Part shown: positions 11,821-24,312 of the stretch, piece after piece
Layout: every line of letters starts with the position of its first letter
Numbering within the stretch: the stretch's first letter is position 1
From: Macrostomum lignano
Taxonomy: Eukaryota
DNA: 64,000 nt
NCBI GenBank assembly: GCA_002269645.1
Contig: NIVC01000550.1
Span: 1 to 64,000 of the forward strand
Reading direction: 5' to 3'
Position numbers and translations under genes: made by a program
The notes under the pieces: model-generated
Told to the model about the DNA's origin: nothing
The model's input: only the letters and a program-made list of their open reading frames with translations
The model's database searches: none

Positions 11821-14800
11821 TCACATACCGTATGGTAGACCAGATGGGGGAGACTCGCTAGAATTAAAGAAACTCGAGCACAACCGGCGATCTCGAAGGT
11901 CACCCCAGCCGCCGTTCGGTTTCAAGGCTCTGGCTCGAATTTTCAGTTTGGCATTGAACATCAGCTGATCGGGATATAGTTTGGCAATATTGTTTGCCAG
12001 CATTCGATCTAGTTTGCTGCTTAACAATGCAGGATTGCAAACTTTGTTTTTGTGATGCACGCCGCATTGGCCAATGTGAAATACTCGAGGACTGATTCGG
12101 ATTACCATGGTTTGAAATGGTCGTTTAGTGCACTTAGTAAGGATGTGGTTCAGCGACCAGTCCCAGTTGTAGTCGTCAAATGAACAGAATGCCTGTATGT
12201 AGAGTGGAAGAGTGAATTTGCACGGACCAATCACAGACATGCAGGTCATTCTCCTACTGACCAATCACAGAGCATCGCAGGCTACTTATTCAGTCACCGA
12301 CCAATCAGAGAGCGCCGCAGGCTGTTTAGTCAGTCACTGACCAATCAGAGAGCGCCAAAGGATACTCAGTCAGTCACTGACCAAACAGAGGCGCAGACTG
12401 TTCAGTCAGTCACTGACCAATCAGAGAGCGCCACAAGCTGCTCAATCAGTCACTGACCAATCAGAGAGCGCCACAAGCTGCTCAATCAGTCACTGACCAA
12501 TCAGAGAGCGCCACAAGCTGCTCAATCAGTCACTGACCAATCAGAGAGCGCCAAAGGATACTCAGTCAGTCACTGACCAATCAGAGAGCGCCACAAGCTG
12601 CTCAATCAGTCACTGACCAATCAGAGAGCGCCACAAGCTGCTCAATCAGTCACTGACCAATCAGAGAGCGCCAAAGGATACTCAGTCAGTCACTGACCAA
12701 TCAGAGAGCACCACAAGCTGCTCAATCAGTCACTGACCAATCAGATAATTAATAACCAAGAGTTAACTCACCGGTAGACAAGGTTTTATCTGGTCCCAAA
12801 TCGCACGCGAAAAGGACATGCCCATATTGTGAAAGCTGGATACCCACTTGTCAACAACAACCTGCAATTTAATCAATAGTTTATCCTAATCAGACTGTTC
12901 ATTTGTACTTGTAGACAAAACTGCCGTTACAATTTTTCTTCATGAAATGATTTTACAAGTTTAGTAAAATTATTATCTATTTAAATAAGAAAATATCCGA
13001 TAAATAGCATTTATTAAGCTGACAATAGTAAACAATACAGGTAAACTTTGCAGTCAGATTTGCAGCATAAACTGTAAGGAAGAATGGAAGATAGACAAAC
13101 ACAAAAAGTTTGTGTGCACTTTTCGTTAGACAAGAAAGCCTTCGCTAGAACTAAAATTACTTAATTATGTAAACAGTCACACAGACTGTAGTTAAATCTA
13201 TTCACAAGCTAAACACAAGCACTATCAGCATTTATTAGGTGCAAGACAGGAAAACAAGCGGGCAACATACCTGCGCTGTGTTGCGAGTAAAGTCCGGCTT
13301 CTTTTCGTAAGTGCCCAGCGTTAGAATTTCCACATTCTGGCTTAGGCTGAAATATTAGTTTAAAATTTAACCTTTTGCTTGTATAAAACAGATTTTAAAA
13401 CCGATCAAGGGTGCCAAAAAGACCTCCAGCTAGAAAACCGAACGGACCTCCAGCCAATCAGGTTAAACAGAGCTCCAACCAATCAGAGAAGATCAAACCG
13501 ACCTCAAGCCAATCAGAGAAGACCAAACCGACCTCCATTCAATCATAGATCAAACCGAAATCCAGCCAATCAGAAAAAACCAAACCGACCTCAAGCCAAT
13601 CAGAGAAGACCAAACCGACCTCCATTCAATCATAGATCAAACCGAAATCCAGCCAATCAGAAAAAACCAAACCGACCTCAAGCCAATCAGAGAAAACCAA
13701 ACCGACCTCAAGCCAATCAGATAAGACCAAACCGACCTCCGTTAATCAGAGAAGATCAAACCGACCTCCTGCCAATCAGAGAAAACCAAACCGACATCAA
13801 TTTAATTAGAGAAGATCAAACCGACCTCCAGCCAATCAGAGAAGACCAAACCGACCTTAAGCCAATCAGAGAAGACCAGAGCTCTAGCCAATGAGAGAAG
13901 CTTAAGCGAATCCCACCAGAGAAATTCAAAAAGATTATCAGCCAATCAGAGAATTCCAAACCACTCATTGAATCAGAGAACTGCAAGCGCCTCAGTCAAT
14001 GAGACAATAATTAACCAATCCTTAATCAATAACAAACGAGTTTATTAATTACTAACAATCAAGTCACTTACTCTTTCCTAGCCGCAACCATGAGCCTTAG
14101 CATGTGCAGCAGATCTTCAACAACATAATGATCCTCTTCCAAAAAGACAAATTGGCCAGTAAAATTAGCTAAGACGGGACTCCGTTCGAATAGTCGATTC
14201 ATTTTATACAACCAGTGATGTTTAGTCTGCGTGTACTTCGACTCCCGGTAGTGCCCGTACTTATCCGGCCATTCGGCATTGTTGCAGCCGAGCTGGCGCG
14301 CTCTGTACAGTCCAGCATCTCGGGGACAATCGCGCGGATCGTTGCCAGGAAAACGGTCAAAATAAATCTGCTTAGTATAGGGATAGAAGATCTGCAACGG
14401 GGAGTTCAAAGTTACCAGACTTTGGAGTTTTGGCAGTTGATCAATTATTAAAATAAAGAGCAATTGCTGAAGTTCTAAATACGCGCCTTAGAGTTCACTT
14501 GGACTATAGGCCTAGCCCAATTCCAGCTGCAATACAGATCACGTGACAGCCATATATTACTACTGACTGCTACTATAACCCTAGCCAATTCCAGCTGCAA
14601 TACAGATCACGTGACAGCCATATATTACTACTGACTGCTACTATAACCCTAGCCAATTCCAGCTGCAATACAGATCACGTGACAGCCATATATTACTACT
14701 GACTGCTACTATAACCCTAGCCAATTCCAGCTGCAATACAGATCACGTGACAGCCATATATTACTACTGACTGCTATTATAATCATAGCCCAATTCCAGC

Positions 14801-17338
14801 TGCAATACAGATCACGTGACAGCCATATATTACTACTGACTGCTATTATAATCATAGCCCAATTCCAGCTGCAATACAGATCACGTGACAGCCATATATT
14901 ACTACTGACTGCTATTATAATCATAGCCCAATTCCAGCTGCAATACAGATCACGTGACAGCCATATATTACTACTGACTGCTACTATAACCCTAGCCCAA
15001 TTCCAGCTGCAAAACAGATCACGTGACAGCCATATATTACTACTGACTGCTACTATAACCCTAGCCCAATTCCAGCTGCAAAACAGATCACGTGACAGCC
15101 ATATATTACTACTACTGACTGCTATTATAACCCTAGCCCAATTCCAGCTGCAATACAGATCACGTGACAGCCATATATTACTACTGACTGAGCCCAATAC
15201 GAAGACAGAAATTCTTACCTGCAGCACCCGAGCAAACCGAATTGATCTGACCAATGCATTGATAGCCGAGCTATAGACATCGTGCGAGAACACTAGCAAA
15301 CAATCTTCCACATCTTTCACCCGCCGTAGAGAATCTATTAATAGATATAGATAGCCAATACGATCGTGAACTTGCACAACGATCACTTCGGTGATAGGTC
15401 CATTATAAAACTGTGCATTGAGTATCTCGTGCTCTGCATTAATAGCTAGCATTGCATCCAGAATTGCTGTTGCATTGGCATTTTGCAGACTGTAGATTAA
15501 TGGCAATGGATCTTCAACTGGCGTGAAGTTGAATGGCGTTCGAGTTAAAAGTAGAGGCTGTTGCAATTGCTGAGTGAGCTGCCGGGTAAGCGGGGGTGCA
15601 CGAAATGAGAACTGTTTAGAATTGAGCGTGTTATTAGCTGACCATAATGAATTTATCAACTCGCAATTTTGAGTGTTTGCGGACCGAATACCGAAACAGG
15701 TTTAACAGAAAAATGAGGTACACCGGATGAGGCACAGAGGACTGGGCACCGAGGATTAGACACAGAGGATGAGGCACAGAGGATCCGGCACAGAGGATGA
15801 GGCACAGAGGATTGGGCACAGAGAATGACACAGAGGATTGGGCACTGAGGATGAGGCACAGAGGATGAGGCACAGATGATCGGGCACAGGATGAGGCACA
15901 GAGGATTGGGCACAGAGGATCGGGCACAGAGGATGAGGCACAGAGGATGAGGCACAGAGGATTGGGCACAGAGGATGAGGCACAGAGGATTGGGCACAGA
16001 GGATGAGGCACAGAGGATTGGGCACAGAGGATCGGGCACAAAGGATCGGGCACAGAGGATTGGGCACAGAGGATCGGGCACAGTGGATTGGGCACAGAGG
16101 ATCGGGCACAGAGGATGAGGCACAGAGGATTGGGCACAGAGGATGAGGCACAGAGGATCGGGCACAGAGGATTGGGCACAGAGGATCGGGCACAGAGGAT
16201 GAGGCACAGAGGATTGGGCACAGAGGATGAGGCACAGAGGATTGGGCACAGAGGATTGGGCACAGAGGATCGGGCACAGAGGATTGGGCACAGAGGATCG
16301 GGCACAGAGGATCGGGCACAGAGGATGAGGCACAGAGGATCGGGCACAGAGGATTGGGCACAGAGGATCGGGCACAGAGGATGAGGCACAGAGGATTGGG
16401 CACAGAGGATGAGGCACAGAGGATTGGGCACAGAGGATCGGGCACAAAGGATCGGGCACAGAGGATTGGGCACAGAGGATCGGGCACAGTGGATTGGGCA
16501 CAGAGGATCGGGCACAGAGGATGAGGCACAGAGGATTGGGCACAGAGGATGGGCACAGAGGATCGGGCACAGAGGATTGGGCACAGAGGATCGGGCACAG
16601 AGGATGAGGCACAGAGGATTGGGCACAGAGGATGAGGCACAGAGGATTGGGCACAGAGGATTGGGCACAGAGGATCGGGCACAGAGGATTGGGCACAGAG
16701 GATCGGGCACAGAGGATCGGGCACAGAGGATGAGGCACAGAGGATCGGGCACAGAGGATTGGGCACAGAGGATCGGGCACAGAGGATGAGGCACAGAGGA
16801 TTGGGCACAGAGGATGAGGCACAGAGGATTGGGCACAGAGGATCGGGCACAGAGGATGAGGCACAGAGGATTGGGCACAGAGGATGAGGCACAGAAGCTG
16901 AATGGGGAAAAGAAGAATAAGATATAAATCGATCACAAACACAATGAGCAGAGCTGTGATTATAGTACAATAAATGTTAAAAACTACATAACCAGATGCA
17001 ATAGAAAGAAAATTCAGACTCACCAGCGGTCGATCAGGCAGTTGAGACTGTACAAACTGATCTGGCAGGTGTTGCGGTACCGGCCTAGCAAATCTTTGCA
17101 ACAGTTCCACCGGTATAGCTTTAATCGAAGCCATCCGCCTTCGACCAGCAATTGAAGTCTCCTCGTCTGGAGGTACAGAATCGACCGGATTAGAACCAAG
17201 GCTGCCAGATGCCAAATAAGATGGGATTGTGTTGCTGAATTTGCTATTATTTAGCATTAAGACAATATGGCACAGCATAAGAGCAGCCAATATGTAAGCA
17301 GTGCCGCGAACCAGCCGCTGAGGAGTCAGACGAGGCAT
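11821..17338 (-). CDS. MGAT2: Alpha-1,6-mannosyl-glycoprotein 2-beta-N-acetylglucosaminyltransferase (GlcNAc-T II); complement(join(11821..12192,12772..12861,13271..13346,14072..14391,15219..15611,17024..17338)), 521 aa
   Basis: All introns are GT-AG with matching phases (0,0,2,0,0), totalling 1566 nt. The N-terminus has a type II TM anchor. Family motifs present: VVQVHDR..YL..LIDSL, LLVFSHD, QIFYPY, FPGNDPRDCPRD, GCNNAEWPDKYGHYRE..TQTKHHW, FLEEDHYV, LTLGTY, W.SSFHNMGM, FCSFDDYNWDWSL, PRVFHIG.CGVHH, NGGWGDLRDRRLC. Confidence 0.93.
12255..12745. repeat. 40-bp minisatellite in MGAT2 intron 5 (CACTGACCAATCAGAGAGCGCCACAAGCTGCTCAATCAGT)
   Basis: About 12 tandem copies are visible. Confidence 0.95.
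13445..13960. repeat. 30-bp minisatellite in MGAT2 intron 3 (GCCAATCAGAGAAGACCAAACCGACCTCAA)
   Basis: Tandem array with a higher-order 90-bp periodicity at 13480-13740. Confidence 0.93.
14516..15190. repeat. 69-bp minisatellite in MGAT2 intron 2
   Basis: About 10 copies of CCAATTCCAGCTGCAATACAGATCACGTGACAGCCATATATTACTACTGACTGCTACTATAACCCTAGC. Confidence 0.95.
15728..16893. repeat. 14-bp minisatellite in MGAT2 intron 1 (GGCACAGAGGAT-TG/CG/GA)
   Basis: About 80 tandem copies are visible. Confidence 0.96.
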
Positions 17339-20002
17339 TTCAATTGCTATATCAGGATTTTCTTGTTTTTCTTTTCAAGCAAAAATACAATTGCTTTTAA
17401 AAGGTGAGAAGAAGTGGCAGGAAATAGTCGAGGCGCGGGGGGTTGGAAACCCCCCTCAGTCTGGCTTTTATCGATCAGAATTTGACATGAAATTGGTAAA
17501 CGCAGGTAGCAAAGTTTGACTCTTGCTCTTTCAATTATTAGCTTCCCTTTACTTCAAAAATCAGGTCACCGGACCTCTTAACAATTTTTTCATAGTCACG
17601 TTTTGTAAGTGTATCCAATACACCCCTCTTAAATAAATAAACTTATCTTAAATAAACTACTTTAGTTTATAATCATACTTTAACATAATTTTAATAGCAA
17701 AGTTCTCATTCAACTAGTTAATAAACATTTATGAATTTGTTTTGATATCTAGAAACAAAATCTAAATATATGCTTGCATTATATATGGAAGGCCTCCTTT
17801 GTCATGCAACTAAGAGATCTATTTTGTTAAAAGTAAAATTTAGAGATAACATAGTCTAAGACATATTGCAGATGTTTATCTAAAGAATTTAGGTTGAAAA
17901 TTAGCAACTAAGTAAGTAAGCCTTCAAATGAGGCTCATCAAACAATATAGCTCCAACTTGCTAGAATACTCTTGAAGACATCTCCAATGCCAAAATGAAG
18001 CCAATGATAGAAACAAATAATAGAAATGTGTCATGTGCAACAAAGTCCTGAAGTGCAATGGCTTGGTCATGCAGTCTTCATGTGGTACTTTCAATATTTG
18101 ATAAGCTTATATATGTCATACTGACAAGGATGCTAGCAATAAACAGTAAACTCTCACAATATGAGATCTGAGAAAATGCAAAGAAGCAAAATTTGATCTA
18201 GTAGCAGAGATTGCAGATGCTACAATTCTTTGTCTAGATGCCACAGTATTTATCAATCCACCTAAAGGGTTGCAGTTTGCTAAAGTTGCTAACTAAACTT
18301 AAGAAGAATGCAACCACAGCATCTCAGAGACCTAAGCTTTGAGCTCAAGCAGGATGCTCTTCCATGTGAGACCTAATCTTTGTTTTTAATAAGCAGTTGT
18401 AGCTTCTGCACATTATTTAAACCATGAAAGAAATAACAGTAATAGACTGCTAATCCAAGCAGAAAGCATATTTTGATGTGAGCTTATACTATGCTAGGAC
18501 ATAACTTTCAGAGGCAGGGGGCAAAAATGAAAATGAGACAAAAATGACTGTCTATGGCAGTCATGAGCCAATCAAATTTCAATTAACAAATTAGAAAATA
18601 ACAAATAGTTAATAAATAAAACAAATATCTGTATATCTTAAAAACTACTTATACTGTAATGAAAATAACAGAATAATTACGTTAAAAGCACCCATAGGTA
18701 AGGACCCATAGTATATATATATACTAACTTTTTGTTTGTAATATGAATTTTGGAGGCTGAATAATTGTTTATAATGAATATGCATCATCATTGGATGGGC
18801 TCATAACAGCCTACTGATTGTATTCAACAGTGAACTCTATCTCTGCCATCAATATTTGTAACTGCAGCTTCTATCTATAAGTTCTTTTTTTCAATGGATG
18901 TTTAAAATTGATATCATGTTTCTTTGAAATATAGCAATAAACAAAATTACACTAAAACTGACATCCCATGTTAACTCTTTTTAACACCTTGCAATATTTA
19001 ATTATGAAAAATTAGCTTTGCTAGCTATGTAGCTATACCTTATCTTTTCTTCTCAAAAAGTTGTTTTGTCTACTAGCAGACAAAAAGGCGGCAGATGAAA
19101 TGACCAAGCACCATTCAAAAAGGAAGATTATTTTTAAATTTATTAGGGGGCCTAATAATACTTCATTACTGCTTTATCGTAAAAAAACAAAAAAACTTGC
19201 AAATAATAGACTTGTTGCAATGTTTTATATACATTTGGCCCCAAAGAAACCTGTCACTAAAATGGATATCATAGAAATGACTATCATAAAACTAATTAGC
19301 AGTCTAGCACCAAATTCCAAAGTTACTAATTTCCATAAATGGGCTTCAACTAGGCCTAAGCCTAGTCTCTTAGTGTTTTTTATTTGTTAGCTGCTATTGC
19401 CACCAAAGTTGTTATAATAGGCTCTAGAACTAAATAGTCCTAAATATTACCAAGTTGTACTAGAGTACTAAACTTAACTATAATTAAGTTAAATTAATCT
19501 GGACCTAAGCCCAAGGAATTTAATTCACTTGGTAATAGCTACTTTAGTAACAAAGTAGATTCATAACTGTCAACACTTATCTCCTTACTTATGATAATTA
19601 AACTTAACAACTACTAGCAATCTAGTGCGGCCTCCCTTTCGGGGCACCCAATAAGCAAGAAGCAAAAATAGTTCATAGAAAAAAATGTAAAAAGCACATT
19701 TTCTTAACCTTTTCAAGCCTGAATTCCTAAATAGAAAGCTCTGTTCCTGCCGGCATGGTCAGCAGAGCTGACCATAGACTATTTCAACTTTTCAGTGAAC
19801 TGAATTGCACTGCCACTTCTGCCGATAAGCCAGCCATCGCTGGTCTAATCTAGGGTTGAAGGAGAATGTACATGTGGAATGGGTTGCACACACGCTTATC
19901 AAAACTGTACAAGACTGGCCATAGACAGTCCAGTTTTAGTATATTAAAGGGCTGTGCCAAATTCTGTACAATTCTATTCATGTAATTCAAATCAATCCAA
20001 AT

Positions 20003-21649
20003 ATGGATATTCTGTTGACTTCCGACTCCGAAAGTGACACTGGAATAGCAGAGAACTCCGAGTCGTCTGAGTCGGTCACTATCAGCGAAGTAGAAGACGA
20101 TTGGCAGTTTGTGGAGCCAGGCGAAGACATTGTTGAAGACGGCCCCAGTTTCACTAGAATTTCGGGTGTAAACCCCAGCATTGTCCTTCCTGAAGACCGT
20201 GAAGACATCCAATATTTTCTACAACTGTTTCTAACCGATGAGCTGCTGGATAAGATCGTGGAGTGGACAAACGCTAAAGCTTGGGCTGAGTATGAGCAGG
20301 CGACACATGATGGAGAAGATGTTTCGAGCTTGCTGAAGTCATGGAAGGACACAAACCGCAGTGAGATATCCAAGCTGTTGGGTATGTACCTGTTCATGGG
20401 CATCTCACGGAAGCTGGAACTGCATGATTACTGGAGCACCAGTGTCATTGACAGTACTCCGTTTTTTCAATCGCCCAATGGCTTGACCCGTGACCGATTC
20501 AAGCAGCTGCTGGCCTTCCTTCATTTCTACGATGCAGGAGCACCCGCCTCGAACAACCCACTGCACAAGATTCGGCCGCTGCTCTGTCTGGCTCAGCAGC
20601 TCTGCGCGAACGTGTACCAGCCGGAGCAGCAGGTCAGCGTCAACAAGTCCCTGATTCTGTACAAGGGGCACCTTCAGTTTAGGCAGTACATCCCATCGAA
20701 GAGAGCCAGAGTTGGAATTAAAATGTACTGCGCCTGTGAGTCTGCATCTGGCTATCTGTATAACTTTCTAGTACATTCGACTGCTGAAGAGAACTCTCAT
20801 TTTGGCGACGACCTCGGTTGTGACCAGCTGTCTCTAAGCGAGAAAATCGTAGTGCACCTTTGCAAGGACCTGCTCGGTTTCGGCTATCACCTTTTCGTCG
20901 ACAAGTGGTTTGCCTCAGTACGGCTTGCGACTTTTCTGTACGAATGCAGCACACTACTGACAGCAACTGTTCGAGCCGACCGTGGAGTGCCGTTGGCATT
21001 GCGCAGTTAGCAGGTGCCGTTGAATGACATAGTTTTCATGAGGAAGCTGCCAGTGCTGGCCATGAAAATCCTGGAGCGCAAGGAAAGCGGCTTGAAAACA
21101 TTCTTCATGATCGACACCCATGGCTCAGCTCAGAAAGTAGCGACGAACCGAATTCGCAAGAATGGTGAAGCTGTGCAAGTGCAGAAAAGCGCCTCGAACC
21201 TGCTGAACAACCGCTGCATGGGAGGCGTTGACCGACTCGATGCCATGCTGAAACCATACGACAGCTGCCGCAAAACCTACAAGTGGTTTCATAAGTTGGG
21301 GTTTCATCTCTGCCTGCTGCTTGTACACAATGCATGGGTTGTATACTCAAAGCACGGTTGCTGGCTGCAGTTCTTCAAATTCCTGGAGAGCTGTATCACC
21401 CTACTGGTTGACTCCACGGGACCAGGAAGACAGCGAACGGCAGCTAGGCAACCAGCGGCGGCCGCAGCTCAGCAGCACTTTCCATCAAAGCTGCCTCCGA
21501 GGGAATTGTACCCGAGGCCGGTGAAGCGATGCCGCGTGTGCTACCGCAACGGCACTGCAAAGTGCACCGTGTTCTGCTGCAGTGCGTGTCTGAATGCACC
21601 TGGACTGTGCCCAAGTCCCTGCTTTGAACGGTGGCATGTGAATCACTGA
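20003..21649 (+). pseudogene. piggyBac (PGBD4-like) transposase, inactivated
   Basis: Acidic N-terminus; LFLTDELLDKIVEWTNA; MGISRKLELHDYWST; GLTRDRFKQLL.FLHF; QYIPSKRARVGIKMY; HLFVDKWF; MGGVDRLD; C-terminal RCRVC..CC..C..LC..CF..WH domain. TAG stop at 21008-21010. The first catalytic DES motif is changed to NKS (20642-20650). Confidence 0.9.
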
Positions 21650-22167
21650 ATTAAAGAACTCCTTTCACCAGCCGTACTATATAATTCGCGTTTGTATTCG
21701 GCATTGACTATTAATTTTTTACCTTTATTTAAGACAAAAAATAATTAAATGTCCAACTGCGGCACTCTACCACAATGTAACGATATGTACCGATTTTTTT
21801 TGGCAGCAATTGCGGCTTCGTGGCTTCAGCTTACGCAATTGCTGCCAAAAAAAATCGGTACATGTCATTATTGTACCCTTTTCATTATTGTACCCCCCTG
21901 TCTATGGCCCAGACATGTATAGTGCGGATGCTGAGTATGAAATGCGATTGTTGCCGGAATGCGCTTTGAAAGGGTTGTAGAGATAATCAATCGTCTATGG
22001 CAAATTTAGTTGCTCTCTAAATGAAAGGGTTGTAGAGATAATTAATCGTTTATGGCAAATTTAAAGGACAGTGAAGACAGCTAGCCTGGCTGCCATGAGT
22101 TAATTCTCAAGTTGATTTTGAGCTTGAATTAATTCTCCTATTCGGAGTGCAAATAGGAAAACTAGCT

Positions 22168-23584
22168 ATGATTCGCTACGCAAACATTCCTGGCGGAGAA
22201 ATATGTGGACTCTCCACGGACGAGTTGGCTTTTGTCACCCGAGAGTCGAGCACGCGCTACGTTCTGGAGATGGACAACCTGGATGCGTCGTCCAGTTCCA
22301 ACGGGCTGCCTGAGCTAGGTAGCGAAGATCTGGAAATGTTGGACCGACTTGAGAGTGACTCAGTGCCGAAATCGACCGAGACGCAACGGAAGCTTCACGT
22401 GGCAAGGTTCCGACAGTTCCTCAACGAGAAGGGGCTCTGCCAGGAGTTTGAGCGTGTTCCGGATCGATTTTTGAACGATTATCTGAGGCTTTTCTATTCA
22501 TCCCTTCGAAAGCAGGATGGAACTTACTATGCGCCAAAGTCTCTCATCTGTTTTCGTGCGGCTATTCAACGCCACCTGCAATCCCCATCCGTTAATCGCC
22601 AGGTGAACATCATTACCGGAGAAGCCTTCAAGCGTTGCAATGGCGTTCTTGTCGCCATGGTGAAAATGTACATGGAAGGACACGTCGAGAAGGTAGACAA
22701 ATACGAAGCTATTTCCGAGGATGACATGCAAACAATTCGCGCATACTTTGATCGAACGTCCCTTTGTAAACTGCAGGACGAAAACATTTTCAACGTTCTG
22801 CTCCATTTCGCACTGCGAGGCCGAGAAAATCTGAGAGAGTTGACACCTGGATGTTTTGAGATAGTGTCAGAAGGAGGTACGGAGTTTGTACGCGTCGCTG
22901 TCGCCATGCTGTCGAAAAATGTTAAAGCGTCGTTGAACGAGAAGGCATTCAAGGATCTCAAGTTAGCTCGGATGTACAGCGTGCAAGACAAAGCTGTTTG
23001 TCCCGTCGAAGCCTTTAAAATGTACGTCTCTCAACTACCGAATGGATGTGAGGTGTTGTTCCCAAGGCTCAATAAGTCTGGCTTCTCAGCCTGCCAACGA
23101 CTCGGTAAAGATTCACTTGGAGACTTCATGAAGAATCTGAGTGCATGTCTGGCTCTGCAGCGGAAGTACACCAACCATTGTGTGCGAGTAACCACGGTGA
23201 GTAAAGATTGCATGGCCTACTCACTTCAGTAAAACTGTAAGAATACTGTCTTACCCAACTGCTGAAACTTAGGTGAACTGTTTGGCCAAGGCCGGTTTCG
23301 ATAATCAAGCGATTACACTAATGACAGGACACAAGAATTCGAGCTCAGTGGATGTATACAAGCGGCGAGACATGGACTGTGTGGCCCGAATGAGCGCTTG
23401 TCTGGCTGCCTATGGGTCCAAAGTCACCAAGATTGACGACGATGCGGAATCCACCATCGAAAGTGTGACAACTGGGTCTGATAGAGGCGAGCTGATGAAA
23501 GCACCCGAGGATGGCCAAGACCTGCCGAGAAGCCTCTGTGGTAGTCAGTTCCACAACTGCACATTCAACTTTTACGGAAAGTAA
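22168..23584 (+). CDS. Crypton-like tyrosine recombinase (DUF3504/KCTD1-ZMYM-QRICH1-type YR domain); join(22168..23196,23273..23584), 446 aa (412 aa if the ATG at 22270 is used)
   Basis: Open frame with a 76-bp GT-AG intron (ACG|GTGAGT..TTAG|GTG, phase 0). Motifs: LRLFYSSLRKQDGTYYAPKSLICFRAAIQRHL, FALRGRENLREL, SKN, CPVEAFKMY, TNHCVRVT, ITLMTGHKNSSSVDVY. This gives a complete R-K-HxxR-H-Y catalytic set. Confidence 0.85.
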
Positions 23585-23833
23585 AACAATTGATTCGATC
23601 AGTTTGTTCTACGAGCGTACATGTAGTTGCGTCTCAAAATCATAAATTTTTTGTTGCTTTTGGACAAATATCTTCTTTTGCTTGAACTTTAACTTTAACT
23701 TTCCCTTTAAGTTTATAGTTCGAAATTAATTCAACAATAAACTGCATCTTTCTTCTGTGCCATTGTTAGTACATGAAAGTTGCTCTAGTGGTCGCTACAG
23801 AGTGCTACAGACTGAGTGAGTGTGCTATTTATT

Positions 23834-24312
23834 CGGCAGGAGTAACTATAACTGTCTTATTAAGTCAAAATGCCTCATCAGCTACTTAGTACTACTACTT
23901 TGGTATTTTTTGGGTGGGCATTTTTGCGACTTCCTTGGTTGGCCACCAAATTGGTCGGCTGGATTGGCCAACTCGGCTGACTGTTGCACATGTATGTGCT
24001 TGCTATTAGAGATTCTTGCTATCTATAGGATGCTTGCTATCTGCAAGATGCTTGCTATTTAGGTGGATGCTTCTACAATATCAGGGGATGCTTGCCATCT
24101 GCAGGATGCTTGCCATCTGGGTGGATGCTTGCTATCTAGGTGGATGCTTCTACAATATTTGGAGGATGCTTGTAAGCTATCTGGGTGGATGTTTGCTATT
24201 TGGGTAGATGCTTGCTATCTGGGTAGATGCTTGCTATCTGGGTGGATGCCTGCTATCTGGGTAGATGCTTGTTATCTGGGTGGATGCTTGCTATCTAGGT
24301 GGATGCTTGCTA
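23834..24312 (+). repeat. Truncated copy of family X (28S-like terminus + 19-bp GATGCTTGCTATCT tandem repeats) inside the piggyBac unit
   Basis: Near-identical inverted counterpart of ~24680-25293. Confidence 0.85.

Noticed and set aside
13379-13894. 171-aa NRP/QANQ-repeat ORF
   Set aside because: It lies in the 30-bp repeat within MGAT2 intron 3, on the opposite strand.
15634-16970. Three overlapping 400-560 aa Cys/Pro-rich ORFs
   Set aside because: They are translations of a stop-free 14-bp intronic minisatellite. Only 17024-17338 is real coding sequence (MGAT2 exon 1).
17940-18580. Possible older piggyBac C-terminal relic (KCVMCNK.. plus a GTCTATGGCAG end-like motif)
   Set aside because: Too degenerate; no continuous frame or TTAA-bounded ends could be established.
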